DNA of 55,531 nucleotides, filler included, from Blastocystis sp. subtype 4 (Eukaryota), in assembly GCF_000743755.1 (NCBI RefSeq). It is 2 parts of 2 records of this genome, joined end to end, with 100 filler letters (N's around TTAATTAATTAA, not from the genome) between each part and the next. Parts side by side here need not be neighbours in the genome. Positions count along the whole stretch, not along the records: positions 1 to 27,732 come from NW_014569409.1; 1 more part is not named here. One strand, 5' to 3'. Shown piece after piece: positions 13,438 through 27,732 of this stretch (positions within the stretch are counted from its first letter, which is position 1; each line of letters begins with the position of its first letter). The position numbers and the translations under genes are program-made. The notes beneath the pieces are model-generated. The model worked only from the letters and a program-made list of their open reading frames with translations, did no database searches and had not been told where the DNA came from.

Positions 13438-16400
13438 ATGGATAAGTCTCTCCCTGTTGCTCCAAAGAAATACCGATTTGGTATCTGTGCTATGCGAAAG
13501 AAGGTAAGTAGCATTGGAATGAGCATAAGAAATAGGTAGAAGCATCACCAATGAAGGTTTTAATTGAGAGAATAGAGGCTTACTTTGAAATCGTGATTTT
13601 CCCGGAGGAGATGATCTTGAATGACCCGATTGAGAATTGGCCAATTGTTGATGTCTTGATGGGATGGCATTCTGACGGTACGTTCTTTGGATTTGTTTTA
13701 CACAAGGTTTTCCACTCGATAAGGCAATTGAATATGTGAATCTCAGGAAACCTTATTCACTAAATGACTTAGAGACACAGAAACTGTTTTTCGATAGATG
13801 TGTGATTCATCGAATTCTGAAGGAGAATGTATGATTTGTATACCTAAAATGATTTGAAGGGAATTAAAGTTCCTGACTACTTAATTGTGGAAAGAGATGA
13901 ACAAGGCAAAGTGAAGGGAGACTTTGAGGAACATGAAGAGTACATTATATTAAATGGAATCAAATTGGAAAAACCGTTTGTGGAGAAACCAATCGATGCG
14001 GACGATCACAATGTCCGTATCTATTATTCTCGAGCAGATGGTGGAGGAATGAAAGAACTGTTTCGCAAGAGTAGCAATCAATCTAGCCAATATTACCCGG
14101 AAATCACTCATATTCGAACTGATAACAGTTACCTCTATGAGCGCTTCCTTCAGACCGAAGGAACGGATGTGAAAGTCTACACAGTGGGAATATCGTATGT
14201 TCATGCAGAAGCTCGCAAGTCTCCAACAGTAGATGGGAAGGTAGATCGTGATGAAAATGGCAAGGAAGTTCGTTATCCGATTCTCCTGACTTATGATGAG
14301 AAACAAATATGTAGGAAGATTGCAACACTGTTCAAACAAACGATTTGTGGATTTGACTTATTGCGAGACAGAGGTACTTCGTATATTTGTGATGTGAATG
14401 GTGTAAGTTTTGTGAAGAAAAACACCAAGTTCTGGGATGATGCTGCTCATCTAATCACTCTCACTGTTTACAAGAATTTATGTCCTGAGATCCTTCGAGT
14501 ATGAACGGAGAGGCAGACTAAAAAATAGAAAGTGGATACAGAAGAACTGGAGATGTCAAGTCGAGAGAAACAGCAGTTGGAGGATGAACGATCGAAGACT
14601 CCTCACGATGAGGTCAAGGGTGAGACACTACGAGCTGTGATCTGTGTGTGTCGTCACGGTGATCGGTACCTATACGATGGAAGAATGAAATACAGAACCC
14701 CCAAACAGAAACTGAAATTCAAGGTAATGTCGGATAGTCTGCTACGTAAGTTGGAAGGGATTATGAAGAATCCTCGTAAAGAATTGAAGGTGAAGGAGGC
14801 TTCACAGCTGAGTCATATCGTGTCAGTTGTAACGGATCAGATTCACGAGATGAAAGCTGTCCCTCTGGAGGTTGAAACGGACGGAGACGATGAAGCAGAT
14901 CAGGATGCGAACAGAGTGTTAAAGACAAAACTGTTACAGCTTGTTGCTGTATTACAACAAGGAGGTCAGTTCCGCGGTTTTAATCGAAAGATTCAGATTC
15001 GTCCATTGTCATGGGAGGAAGTACCACGTGTGGATACTGTCTCTACAAGTGAAGGAGGAAGTGATGGTAATGGATCAGTACCAACATGTCATATATTGGA
15101 AAATCAAATTGATAGCTCCTTTGATGCGGATGAGATCCGTTCTAGTGGGTCGTTCTCTCCACTGAGGATGTCTATTGGATCCTCGGTTCCATCTATCTCA
15201 TTCCAGTCGAGTGCTTCTTCTGTAACGTCAAGTCAGCAGACTCCCTCGGTTGCTATTTCACATACTCCTGCAATTCCAGCCTCTCCATTTGAATTACGTC
15301 GTGGGGTTGAGAAGGTAGCAAATGTTGATTTGAGCTAACGAGTAGACGATTGAGAAGCAGGATAAACGAGACAGCAGTCTGCCTGTATTGCAGAGTAATG
15401 GGATTCACTCCTCGGCAGATGATCTTACAGCTCGTGATAAAGACTACAGTACAATTCAAATATAGAATTGATTGATAGAGATCACAAAGGCACTTTTCAT
15501 TGTGAAATGGGGAGGAGTACTTACTCAAGCTGGAAGAAAGCAAGCTATTGCTCTGGGAGAGACGTTTCGTCGTCATGTATATGGAGGTATTTTTGAAATG
15601 AATTATGAGAGTAGGCGATGCATTCTTCCTTCGTCTTCATAACACTTATCGTCATGATATGAAGATCTATTCTTCTGAAGAAGGACGTGTTCGGACTACG
15701 GCAGCAGCATTTGCAAAGGGATGTTTAGATGTAGAATCTGAGCATTTGACTCCAATCATGGTGAGCATGGTTCATTGTCATCGTCAAGCGGATTATATGC
15801 TTGACAATACGAGCAAAGCAATGGAAATGTTGAAGAATACGAAAGTACGTCTGTATTCCACATTGATGGAGCCTGGAGATATGACGGAGGAACGGAAGAA
15901 GAGAGTAATAAAAGGGAAAGGAGAAACTGAATTTTAGCTCTGTCCCACAGGAGACGTTTCAATCATGGCTGCATTGAGTCAAGTGAAGAACTCTTATCAA
16001 TTCCTTACCGATATGTAGGGTTAAAAGATGGATTGAATGAGTAGTTATGAGGATATCAAGCGTCTGACAGCGTCATTGGTCACTTATTTGAAGACATGTG
16101 AGGGTCAGGCAGCTACGGGATATGAAGAGGAGACAATGAATCTGATGCTGGGTCGATGGTTGAAACTCCAGAAGGACTTCTACGATCCTCATACAGATCA
16201 GTTCGATTTAAGCAAGGTGACTCTGTGGTGGGTACTTGATGGATAGATTCCAACATTGTATGATTGCATTAAATTTGACTGTATTCACAACAGTACTATT
16301 CCATTAGATGCAAAGATGCGTCTGTTCAACCAATCCAAGATTCTAGCAGACGTGATTGTTCCTCAGGAGTATGGAATGTTTACATGGGAGAAGATGTTGA

Positions 16401-17073
16401 TTGGTCGAAACATTGTTAAGAATTTGTTAATAAAGATAGATGTGGTAAGAGGATGAGGGGGTTATCATTGGAAGGATCTCCGAATTAGCGCATTCGGTCC
16501 AACAAGCAAATTCATTGAAATGTCTAATCACTTACAAGAGGTTTCTTTCTATAAAGCTGATCGTCGTTATTTGGAGGAGGGAATGGAATATGATAAAACT
16601 GTGTATACTCGAATGTACTTCACATCTGAATCGCATATTCATGGGATTCTGAATGTTCTTCGTTATGGCACTTCATCTTCAGGACAGAGAGCAGTCACGG
16701 AGGAAGGACTGAAGGCTTTGGAGGAGATTAGTGAATATGATTATCTGAGTCATATTCTGCTACGTATGTTCGAGAATGAAGCTTATGAAATCACGGATCC
16801 TCGTCGATTCCGAGTGGAATTATCCTTCTCTCCTGGTTGTATCATTGTGGGGATGGCATGAACATGTAATGAATAGAAGAATGTGGAGAATTGTTCAGAC
16901 GAACCTCCTTGTGAGCCAGCAATAATGTTACACAACAGTCTGACATGTAAGAATAAGGGAGGTTGTTCATTGTAGTGCAAGACTTACAGTCCATTCTGAG
17001 TCATGTACTGAATGACGAAGATCAGAAAATCAAAGACTATTATAGTGATACTCTTCCTGAAGATCGCTCTTGA
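13438..17073 (+). CDS. VIP1: inositol hexakisphosphate/diphosphoinositol-pentakisphosphate kinase (Vip1/PPIP5K)
   Basis: [44 protein letters not shown]; phosphatase domain RHGDRTPKQK, KWGG, YFTSESH; TGA at 17071-17073. Confidence 0.95.
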
Positions 17074-17078
17074 TTATC

Positions 17079-17093
17079 TGTTTGCAACAAACA
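17079..17093. terminator. interlocked bidirectional polyadenylation motifs (VIP1 / BCNT)
   Basis: TGTTTGCAACAAACA quasi-palindrome. Confidence 0.75.
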
Positions 17094-17097
17094 CAAT

Positions 17098-17970
17098 ATC
17101 GTTTATTTTGCCGACGTTCATTATCTCTTTGGATGCGTTCTCGTTCTCTCTGAGCACGCTCTTTCTCAAATTGTCGTAGATCCACGCGAGACAGGAATTC
17201 TTGTTTGTCGAGATATCTACGAATGAGTACCATTTACAGATCAAACCCATTCTTCTTGGCTTTCTCCACTTCCTCTTTGATGCCTTCCTTATCTTTGAAT
17301 TTGTCCCAATCATAGGACGATTTATCAATTGTACTAATTGTTTTCTTTGCTTCCAACGAGTGAACAAGAGTATCCAGAGATTGCGAACTCTCCTTGCTTC
17401 CCTTTATCCTGAAGTCATCATCATCATATATACAACATACTCTATCTTTTGACCAGCAAACTTCACAACATGGGTTGTCTCTTTATTGGAGTTCAGGTCC
17501 TTCACATATTGGATTGCTTCCTGAATAGACTTTTGTATTTCATCACTTGATTTCTCGTGTTGGGAGGATTCTTCGGCAAACCGTTTGAAATATGTTATAC
17601 TGTCACTATCGGTTGTCATAAGATCTTTAAACCCCTAGATATCACAAAAAGCTGCCGCAATAAACATTCTGCACTTTGGGTTTCTTTCGCAGGATCTCAT
17701 TGTCCTTTTCATCTTCTCGCAGCATATCTTCAAAGATTGATGCAACTTTCCGCTTCAAAACTGGATCCCCATCTTCTAGTGCATCTGCAATGTCGAATGT
17801 TCCTCCCTTTCCACTCCGTGTGGTGACAAAAAGACCATCATTTGTCACGGGAACCTCTGGATATCAGTCTTAGCAGAATTATTTGAGTTACCTGGCTCGA
17901 AATCGTCATCTTCTTCCTCCGAATCTAGAAGAGGGTTGTTTGGATTCAGAATGGATGCTGCATCAGCCAT
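17098..17970 (-). CDS. BCNT/CFDP1 (Swc5)-like protein; stop created by polyadenylation
   Basis: Acidic N-terminus (DSEEEDDDFEP), VKFAGQKIE, BCNT-C-like YLDKQEFLSRVDLRQFEKER; in-frame T at 17098 before TGTTTGTT. Confidence 0.88.
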
Positions 17971-18062
17971 CGTGGAGAACACTAAAACTTGGCATTATAG
18001 TGTGATTCCCGTGATAATTCGGTTGCATCGTGTTGATCACAATCTAAGAACGAGAGTGTGCG

Positions 18063-21000
18063 ATGGATAAATGTGCCGCCTTATTAGGTTGTAAATGTTT
18101 GCGTTTATCGCCGTACAAGAAGTGTGTGAAGAACCTTTATCCCCCTGAGGCATCTGGATATGAAGAGGATCTGGAAGCCCAAAACGCCGATGAATTAGCG
18201 AAATTAGCTCTTCGAAACGAGAAGTTGTTCTTACCCATCTCAAAGTAGTGACTGTAAAGTGGGATTAAGATCTAGAAATCTTGAAAAGAACATCTATAGA
18301 GATTTACGAAAGGAAAAGGTTGGGTATGTTGTATTAGGAAACTGTTATTTAGATATGTTTCTGTTAGTGTATCTGCATTTATCACTCTTGTGGATATGTG
18401 CCATGACAATTTATATCGTTTTGAGACAAGTGTTTTCAATGTTGTATCTCTTTGTTCCTTTCTATTGAGGCACTAGCTAGTTACACTGTTCCGTGAAGAG
18501 AATCCACATCTTCGAATGAGTGCAATGCGTTTAGTACGAATACAGACTCTTCTTTACTGTTAGTTAATAAAAGTATGTCAGTTCAAAGATCAAAATGACG
18601 ATTCCGGTAATAGCAAGTACTTTGACTTGCTTCGTTACATTCTGAATGATTGTCGAGAGGTCTTGGAGACTCCAATTCAGACACTACAGCTTCACTACAC
18701 AGTTGTGAATGTGATATATCAGCTAGTTCTGATTTGTCCAGCTGCATTGATTACCACCTTTCTTCCACAAGTGGTGCCTGTGTTGGTGGATATGATTCAT
18801 GAAGGACACTATGAAGGGTATTCTATCTTGTTATGATGTCACTGATAGAGAAGAGGAGAAGCAACTGTTACTTAATGTGAAGAATAGTGCGTAGGAATGA
18901 TCATCCTGCTTGAGTGTAGAATGCGGTCTCTTGCTAGTATTTATCCCTTTGTAAATGTTATTACATCTACTTCATTATTAACTCCTCTCTTTCAAGCTCT
19001 TGACAGTTACAATTGGTATCCTGTCTCATTTACACATACTGTGTTGAAAGCATTCTCAGGGAGCAAGAGTAAAGAGGCCTACTCCAAACCTACCTATCTC
19101 CATGTGATAACCCATGTAGCTGACTTGCTACCCATGATTGCTGAAGTGAGTGACGTGAGTATGAGCATCGAGGAGGACATTCAGTCAACGAGTAGTCAGA
19201 AGAAGGAGATTGAAATGGTTAATCTAGCCTTGAATCCACATCGACTTCTTGTTGCCTCCAATGTCTTGGCAGTAGGAATGGAACGATATTATTATTCTAG
19301 TGTGTGGAGAGTCTTCTTCAGGATATGCGTTCCTTCTCTCTCTTGCATGTTCAGCAAGTGGTGGACGTGCTATCAGCCCTCTTATGTTTCGCTCTCTCAC
19401 TAGCGAAGAAGCATTCCGTAGTAGATCCCCTTCCAGAAACGGTATCTGTCTCTCTAATTGAGGCGATTGATCCTGATCAGTTCATGAAACCAGAGGAAAT
19501 CCAACTTACGGAGGTGGATGAATCTAATTCTTCAGAGACTGAAGCAGCGTGCATGCAGGGAGCAATTCTCCGCTTGTGTTTGGCATGCCAACACTGTTTG
19601 TTGATTCTGGTACGTAGTGTTTCCAGTGGTCGTGAGTTTTTCGATGTTCTGGAGAATGTTTTGTTCTTGCAAGATGATATCGTAAAGATTCATATTGAAG
19701 ATGATACATAGGATCCCGAATTCCATTTGTCACTTCTCCAGCTTGGTTTATCTTTAGTAGGATTGAAGTATCTCCCTGCTTCAACCTCTCTTCCTTATGA
19801 TCTTCTTCAGTTAATAGTATCAGGAATCGTATGTACAGATCCTAAGGTACGATTGATGCATTTGAATAAGAAGTAGAAACGACTTATCTGGATTCGAATG
19901 CTTGAACGACTTCTTCATTCATCTCCAACAGAAACAGTAAAGAATGATCAAATGAATGATGAATAGTCATCATATCGAATTCAGTCATCAAGTGAATCAA
20001 CTTTGATGGCAAGTATCCTTCAATCTCTCTTTTTCGATACCAATACACCAGATCACTATTCTATTTTAGAACAACTTATCATTTCATTACTCCAGGGAGA
20101 TACACAGAATGTCCTTCCTTTGATTCTTCCTGCTCTCTTTTATGCTCAGACTGTAGCAATCCAGAAGAGTGAAGTAACAGGCTCAATAGAGGAGCTGTTG
20201 CATTATTTGGATTCAGCCTCAGCTATCACTTCCTCCTCCTCTCTGTTCTCAAAACTTGCAACTCCAACAGCACCACAATCCCCTAAATCTATGTATTTGA
20301 TGGTATTACCTCTGGATACTGTACAGTCCGAAGGAGAGGAGGAAGAAGAGGAGGAGCGCCGATCTAATCAGCCTCATGTATCTCCCAGTGATACTGCTGG
20401 AGAGATTCTCTTGACACCAACAGAGAACGGTTCATATGATGAGTGCGATTGATCAGTAGACAGCACGCCTCTTCCTCAGGACATTCCGACAGAGGAGACA
20501 ATCGATATTGTGGGAGTGTCTGAGACATCACCTGAGGTGATTCCTGTTGATGATACAGAGATTGTGAAAGAAGGGTGGAAGATCCATCGGCCTTCTTCTC
20601 CTCTTACATATATTTTCGCTATGGAGCTGAAGGTTTTGATAACCATCGCTGAGCGTGTTCGTTCTGAAGATCTTAAGGAGTATGTGCGATCAGTAGTACT
20701 GGGGGAAAAGGATGATGAATAGATCCAGCGGTATCGATTACAGCATCAGTGGCCTGAAACACCCTCGATGGAAGAGGAAATTGGGCCTCTGAATGAGGAA
20801 TGGAGTGATGGGAAGTTGGCTCTGTTCCATAAAGAAGCAGTTATTCAGTTCATTCTTCGTTCTCCTCTCCTTCTATCGTCTGCTGTTCCTTCAGATTACG
20901 CTGAGCAGTTACGTCGTCCTTACACACCAGAGGAGTTGGAAGAAACGAATTCGCAAGATGGAGTGCCTCGGTTGCTACACCGTCTAAGTAGTATTAGCAA

Positions 21001-21280
21001 CAGCAGTGAACTTTCGTTCCGAAATAGTACGCGTGATAGCGATTCTGAAGGACCAAGTGATACTGGTTATCGGAATGAAGCAGGAGCTGAAGATGTTTTA
21101 GTGGGATCTGGATTTCTTCGAAATAATCCACTCAGTTCCTTTGAAGAAATGATGGAACGTATGAAGAGTGTTCGAGAGAGTCAAAGTGAAGATGCGCTTG
21201 TGGATACAGAGAAGTCTGGCAATTCAATGTTTACAGTAACGCCAGGGAGTGATAATAGAATTGTAACCCTAATGATATAA
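18063..21280 (+). CDS. EFR3-like armadillo-type protein
   Basis: Cys-containing N-terminus and PYKKCVKNLYP (EFR3 RYKRLVDNIFP-like), helical repeats over many exons; TAA at 21278-21280. Confidence 0.65.
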
Positions 21281-21300
21281 CCTTCATATTTGTTTATTGC

Positions 21301-23941
21301 ATGACCCATTCTCTGACTCTATTCATTCTACTGTCTCTTCTGTAGTATATATCAATCATTAATGAAAATTAGAACTCTATCGCCGAGCAATTCGTCATCT
21401 TTGAAAGGTGTCGTTTCTGGGTATGGAAATACTCTTTTCTAATTATGTATGTAGGAATGAGAACAACGATAATATAAGAAAAGAAAAATCAGGCGAATCG
21501 GTTGTCAATAGAAATCAACTCTTGTTTTATTGAAGTAACTGGATTATATATAGAGACTGCTATAGCTTAACAAGAAAGGAGTGCATTAATTTGACCATTC
21601 CTTTTGATTCTCCCACTTTTACCGTAATTCCATTTAGTAAATATGATATATAGATTTCTATCAAGGTCAATCTCAAGTCCAAGGAGATTGGATATCGTCA
21701 TGTACTCTTAGATAACAGGGATCTGTCTAGCAATCGAGGATATAGGCTGGCTGTTATTGAAACATCTCCTGAGAATCAGTAGGAATGCTTTTCTTAAGTG
21801 AATGTTAGAGACATCGAACTATCATATTACGATGCTGACGGGAAAATGAAGGTCCTTTATGGAAAATCTGTTCCCATTCTTGGGACATGGACACAAGTGG
21901 TCTTTTCCTCGGAAGTGGATCCTACCAATGCAACTCTATTCCGTGTTAGCATTAATGGTGTTGATGTTGTTGCCTTCTCAGTGACTCGGTCAGAGTCTAG
22001 TGACAATAGAGTCTTCATTGGTGGAAGTGGAGGACAGAAAGATGTTGTGACTGGTTGTCTGAGTTCCATTCTATTCTATACCAGTGTGGTTTCTCCTGTT
22101 GTAGATTCTCAGATACGAGCTATTCTCCCCCGTGATGTCACACAGATTCGTTCCTTCTTTGGAGGTGAAAACCAGCTTCAGACGGTGATGGCCGCCAGTA
22201 GTGGTTCCTTGGCCCTAGTGACTATGTCTCATGTGCGACTCTTGACTCAGAGCGAGCATCCATTGGAGATGGAAGTAAAGCAGGAACCAATCGATGTATT
22301 TCAACCCGTTTATTCGTCTCCTTCCAATTCAAGACAGGATTCTTACACTATTGAGGAGGTACATCGATCGACAAAGCATGCTGTCGAGAAGGATAGTATA
22401 GAAACAGTGGAGGATTTGGAGCTGTATCTCCAAAGCACACCATATTCCAATCTGATTGAAGGGAATTACGCCTCCGTCGTTCCTTCTCATCTGCAGCAAC
22501 AATGGAAGCAGTTGAATGATGAGAGAGCTGCTAGGGTTCGAGAGAGTATGAAACACTTCTGGAAGGCATATCAGCGTGTTGCTTTCGGAGCAGATGAATT
22601 GCAGCCTTTATCTGAGAAAGGTCGAAACAACTGGGGCAATATATCTTTGACCCTGATTGATAGTCTGGATACTCTTTGGTTGATGGACATGCGAGATGAG
22701 TTCAAGGAGGCTGTTGATTATCTGGAACAAGTTCAGTTCGATTCGGATACGTCAGTATCGGTCTTTGAGTTCTCTATTCGTGTTCTGGGAGGGTTATTGT
22801 CTGCTTATTATCTGAGTCAAGATCCACGACTCCTAGAGAAGGCGGTAGAGGCTGGAAACGTTGTAATGGGTGCTTTTGATTCGGAGCATGCTCTCCCTCA
22901 CGTACTTGTGTTGTTTCTTGATCATCTAGACACATATCAATCTACAGACCCGAAAGGGATCAAGTCAATATGGCCGAACTATGTTAGCTGAATTTGGAAC
23001 CTTGTCTGTGGAACTGCGTGAGCTGAGTGCAGCAACGGGTGATCCCCGTTATGCCGAAGCTGCTGGAAACATTTACTCTTCATTGTGGTCTGTTCCCGAT
23101 AACCATGGTTTACTACCTCAAACTATATCCTAACAATTACTTATCTTAGTACCTTCACCCCAGTATGAACGTATTTCCTTGAAGCCAAGTGGTCAGTACT
23201 ATAGCATAGGAGGTTGTTCTGATTCCTATTATGAATATCTTCTCAAGGCATGGGTGCAGGGAGGAAAGCAAGAAAGTGAACTGAAGAAAAGATATGACAG
23301 TGCAGTGGATGGAGCACATCATTTGCTTTTTCATCGTTCCAAATACAGTGGATTGAGTTACTTTGGTCAGTTAAGTAGGAAGCGTTTCTTCTCAACTATG
23401 GAGACATTAACATGCTTTGCTCCTGGTATGTTGTTCTATGGTGAAATGCAAGAAAAAACACTGAATTCACAGCGGAATTTGCATACTGCGAGATGTGTGA
23501 TATTCACTTGTCATATGATGGTCAACCTCACGACCTCGGGTCTTCCACCTGAGAGTTGTTCCATCAGTGATAGAGTGGCCATGATTATTCCCTTTAGGAC
23601 AAAACATTATTCATTACGACCTGAGATTATCGAGTCTTATTACTATATGAAAGAAGCCACAGGTGATCCTATTGCGCAGTATGTGATTTTGTGATAAACA
23701 ATGTTTAGAGTCTGGGGATGGGAATTCTATAATGCCATTGAAGAGCATTGCCGAACAAATACGGGTTATGGTATGTATTCGGATGTACAAGGAAATGGTC
23801 ATATTCAAGATCAAACAGAGAGTTACTTTAGTGCAGAAACGTTGAAATACTTATACCTCCTATTTTCGTCGAACCGTCTGGTAGATTTAAAGAAAGAACT
23901 CTTCACAACTGAAGGGCATATCCTACCTATCCGAAATCGAT
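21301..23941 (+). CDS. GH47 alpha-1,2-mannosidase with N-terminal LamG/ConA-like domain; stop created by polyadenylation
   Basis: AFGADELQPLS, LIDSLDTLWLM, SVFEFSIRVLGGLLSAY, DSYYEYLLK, LRPEIIES, ESYFSAETLKYLYLLF, TTEGH; in-frame T at 23941 before TGTTTGTT at 23946. Confidence 0.93.
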
Positions 23942-23999
23942 TTTTTGTTTGTTCATAATCACTCTTGGTCTTGATTTCTTTTGTGACATTCTAAAGATT

Positions 24000-24674
24000 A
24001 TGGAAGAAAGACCTGCTGGAATAAAAAAGAGGGTTGATCCAAACAGTATCTCCCTCCGTCGTTACCGTTGTTGAATCAAATAAGGATGACTTGTAGAAAA
24101 TAAAAGAAGGCAAAGATACAACAAGAATTCGAATATCATTAGCAAGTATCGTCATCAAAAGGAACAACTCTACAAAGAGGTAGTAAACTGCGTTGTTTTA
24201 TCACCATTAGGCTGGAATAATCGATTCTGATGAAAAGGACAAACAAACTCAAGAAAACGATGGTAGGGGTTCTAGGTCGTAGATGAGTTTTAGAACTTTT
24301 GCTAAATGATACTCCCAGTCCTAAAGAAGAGATAGATAATAATGAAAAGACTGGACGAAGTAGGAATTGGGAGATGCCATTAAGGATTAGAGAAGAAAGG
24401 GAAAAAGTCACAGAAACCAGATCCATTCTTCCATTCACGCCAACTTGCAGAAGGTTTGACTTTGGTTTCGTCATCATAAGTAGAACATAAGAGAGAGATG
24501 GAAGAGAGACAAAAGGAACGAGAAAAGAAAGAACAAGATCTAAAAAAGAACTTAGAGAAAAGGAAGAAGACGGCTCAGAAAATGCAGCAGAGAACGAGAC
24601 GAGGTCAACCCCTGATGAAGTATCAAATCCCGAACCTATTGGAGAAGATTTCGAAAAGTATGGGTCAAGAATAG
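24000..24674 (+). CDS. Fyv7/TAP26 (CCDC59)-like rRNA-processing protein
   Basis: Lys/Glu-rich; C-terminal RTRRGQPLMKYQIPNLLEKI motif; TAG at 24672-24674. Confidence 0.7.
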
Positions 24675-24710
24675 TCGTTTAGTCTATTATTTGTGAACAA
24701 ACACATCCAT

Positions 24711-26962
24711 TTAATAAGGTCTAGGTCTACTTCGACTGTCAACAGGAGCTCTCGAAGCCTTAGGATGTGTCATTGCTCTCTATACATCACTCTCTGCACG
24801 AGTTCAAACGCAAATCTCTTTCACTTGTTTTCCCATGATCGTACGAGATGCATTTGCAAGTGCTCGATCCACACTCTCAGCAGAATCCATTGTAATCAAG
24901 GCAAGATCACGTTGGCGACCTGTTTCATGATTCACTGGGAGTTTTACTCCTAAAACACGTCCAAAGGGAGAAAAGTGATCTCGAATGATCTGCTCACTAA
25001 CACGAGGATCCAAGCCACTCACAAAGATTCGGTTTTCATCCTCTCTACACATGAAATCCTAGAAACAGTGATACCCTTCTCTGGGACCACGGACCTCGCG
25101 ACGCGACTCGTGACGACTATCATAACGAGATCGTGAGCTACTTTCATGATGATCTCGATTGCGATGAGAATCATGACGATCCCAGTTACTACTTGAAGAA
25201 GGAGTATCTCTTCTGTCCCAGTTCCCGTGAGGTTGTGATGATGACACATTTGAAGGAGGATAGGAAGATCGTGGTCCAGATGGAGGGTAATAGGAGTCAT
25301 TGGGAGGAGGAGGATAATAGGGAGCATTTGGATCATATGGTGGGTAATATGGATAGGGTTCCTGGGGATAAGGCTGATTTGATGGGTATGGAGGAGGATT
25401 TCCACGATATGGGGGCTGGTAAGTGTCCGCAGAGGAAGGCTGATAAGGAGATGCTGGAGTTCGTTTGTACGGATCTGAAGGAGGGTAAGGAGAACGGTTC
25501 ATGGCAGGGGGCTGATAAGGAGCAGCATTGGGATCTGTAGGTTGATATGGAGCGGAATTCAGATTAGGAGGCTGATAAGGAGCTGCATTGGGATCTGACG
25601 GCTGATAGGGAGCAGCATTAGGGTCAGTAGGCTGATACGGAACGGCATTGGGATCAGCTGGTTGATAGGGAGTCGTGTTGGTGTTAGGAGGTTGATAGGG
25701 AGTGGCATTAGGGTCTGTTGATTGATAGGAAGTAGTAGCATCCGCTGGTTGATATGGAACAGAGTTCGGATCTGGTTGTTGATATGGAGCTGTAGTAGGG
25801 TCTGTGGGTTGATAAGGAGCCGCATTCGGATCAGACGGCTGATAAGAAGCTGCATTTGGATCAGAAGCCTGATATGGCTGTTGAGAATTAGGATAGGTGG
25901 CAGCTGAATCTACCTGAGCTGAATTATAGGGTGGGTAGGCAGAACTTGAATCTGTAGGAGGATAAGCACTGTCCTTACTTCCAGCAGTTTCAGGAACTGC
26001 TGAGGGAGCCACATAGGCAGTATTGGAGTAAGGAGCGTAAGGATCTTGATGACCATCAGCCTGATCGCGGGGATAATACGAATATCCATCTGGAGGATAC
26101 TGTCCAGGAGGATATCCACCATAGTTATAATAGGGATCAGATGAAGGATAACCATAATCCCCATATGAAGAGTATTCAGGTGGTGGATAATCTGATGATC
26201 CTGCTGGAAGTACAGTAGGATCATATTCACCTCCAGACATATCAATCAAAGGCTTCTCAGGTTTCAATTCGGGTTTGTAACTGTCAGGATCTACAATAAC
26301 AAAAACAAACTGCTACTACAAAGTTCATCTCGGCGTTTAGCAGGAACCACACTGAAATCAATATTACCCTTATAATGCATGATTCCTTCCTCAAGGAGCT
26401 TATCAGTCTACGTATAATGAGTCTATTTAAGCTATACAAGACTCTCCGATTCATAGGCAATAAAACAAAAGTTGCGAAGACTACCATTGTTCTTATCTCG
26501 AGGGAAAATGTGGGTTACAACCTTTCCAAATGATTCAAAGTATTTCATAAGTTCTTCCTCGTTACTATCACACGGAATGCCTCGAATATACAATCTCTTG
26601 GCATTTGTAACCGTATTCGACATTCGTTTAACCTCAGATATTTCAACATCGGTTCCTACTCATAATTCGAAGTAAAAAATACTCACCCATTACCTTACAA
26701 GATCCTTTTCGCAACGCAGCTTCGGCAGAGCCACTTGAATAGAATGTGACATAGACAAATCCGCGTGGTTTCAATGTATATTGATCACAAGGAATACGTA
26801 CTTCATCAACCTCTCCAAACTCCGAAAAGGCACTCTAGAGGATAGTATTCATTTGTGCAAATAATACTTTGATTATATCCTCTGTAGCATTCTTTGGTAC
26901 TTTTCTCACAAATACTTTGTTGGTACTGCATATAACGATACACTATTCGTTTGTTACCTCAT
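24711..26962 (-). CDS. three-RRM RNA-binding protein with Pro/Tyr/Gln low-complexity repeat region
   Basis: RRMs KVFVRKVP..RGFVYV, RLYIRGIP..RNFCFI, RIFVSGLD; ends SRPRPY* (TAA 24713-24711). Confidence 0.85.
25440..25900. repeat. coding 30-bp degenerate tandem repeat (PYQPxDPNAA decapeptide, more than ten copies)
   Basis: Visible in ORF 25059..26267. Confidence 0.9.
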
Positions 26963-27732
26963 TACTGTGATAAGATTGTGTGATCACTTGTGGTAAGCAG
27001 CGATTATTGAATAGTCAATAGAATTAGATGTAAGTTGTTTTCCGCTTAATAAAGGTTGGAAAGACCAGAATACAACTACACAACAGCAGTATTATTTGGA
27101 ATAGAAACCAGAAAAAATTGGGATCATTATTGACAATATGGCTCCTTAAGGATGATCCTATTATTCAAGATATGGGGTAGAGTTGATTATTGCTTCATTT
27201 CACATTACTATTGATTTGGTAGTGTGTAAAAGATCCTATTTGATAGATGTGAACAAAACTAATTCAAATTATGTTTCTGTCATTGATCATGGCAGTACTA
27301 CAGCAATCATTCTAGAATGTGTTTATATGGCACTTATTATACAACAAATGCAACCATATTACAATACTCTCATTCACCTCAACTGTTAAGAATATACGAA
27401 GCCTAGATAATTCATCAATAATAAAGAGAATTGGTATTACCGATAACTAGAACAAGAGTTAATTGAATTGAATTGAAATCGATCAAAAGGATACAAGAAA
27501 CAATTCCAGTGAAATGATTAGCATTCTCTAACAATTCAATCTAATTAGTAAGGAGTAATTCAATTAATCTCAATTAATTCATATGTCTATATCTATCAAA
27601 TCAATCTCAATTAATTAATATTCTGAACTATCTTCTATTATTGGTATTGTGTAAACAAATATGAAGGTAAAGAACAATTGCGTTTGAGTTAGAAGAGAAC
27701 AGTCTTTAATCCAGTGACGGGTTTGCATACAC

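Noticed and set aside
25440..25900. 30-bp periodic repeat as a CRISPR-like array
   Set aside because: No constant repeat with unique spacers; it is an in-frame peptide repeat in a eukaryotic gene
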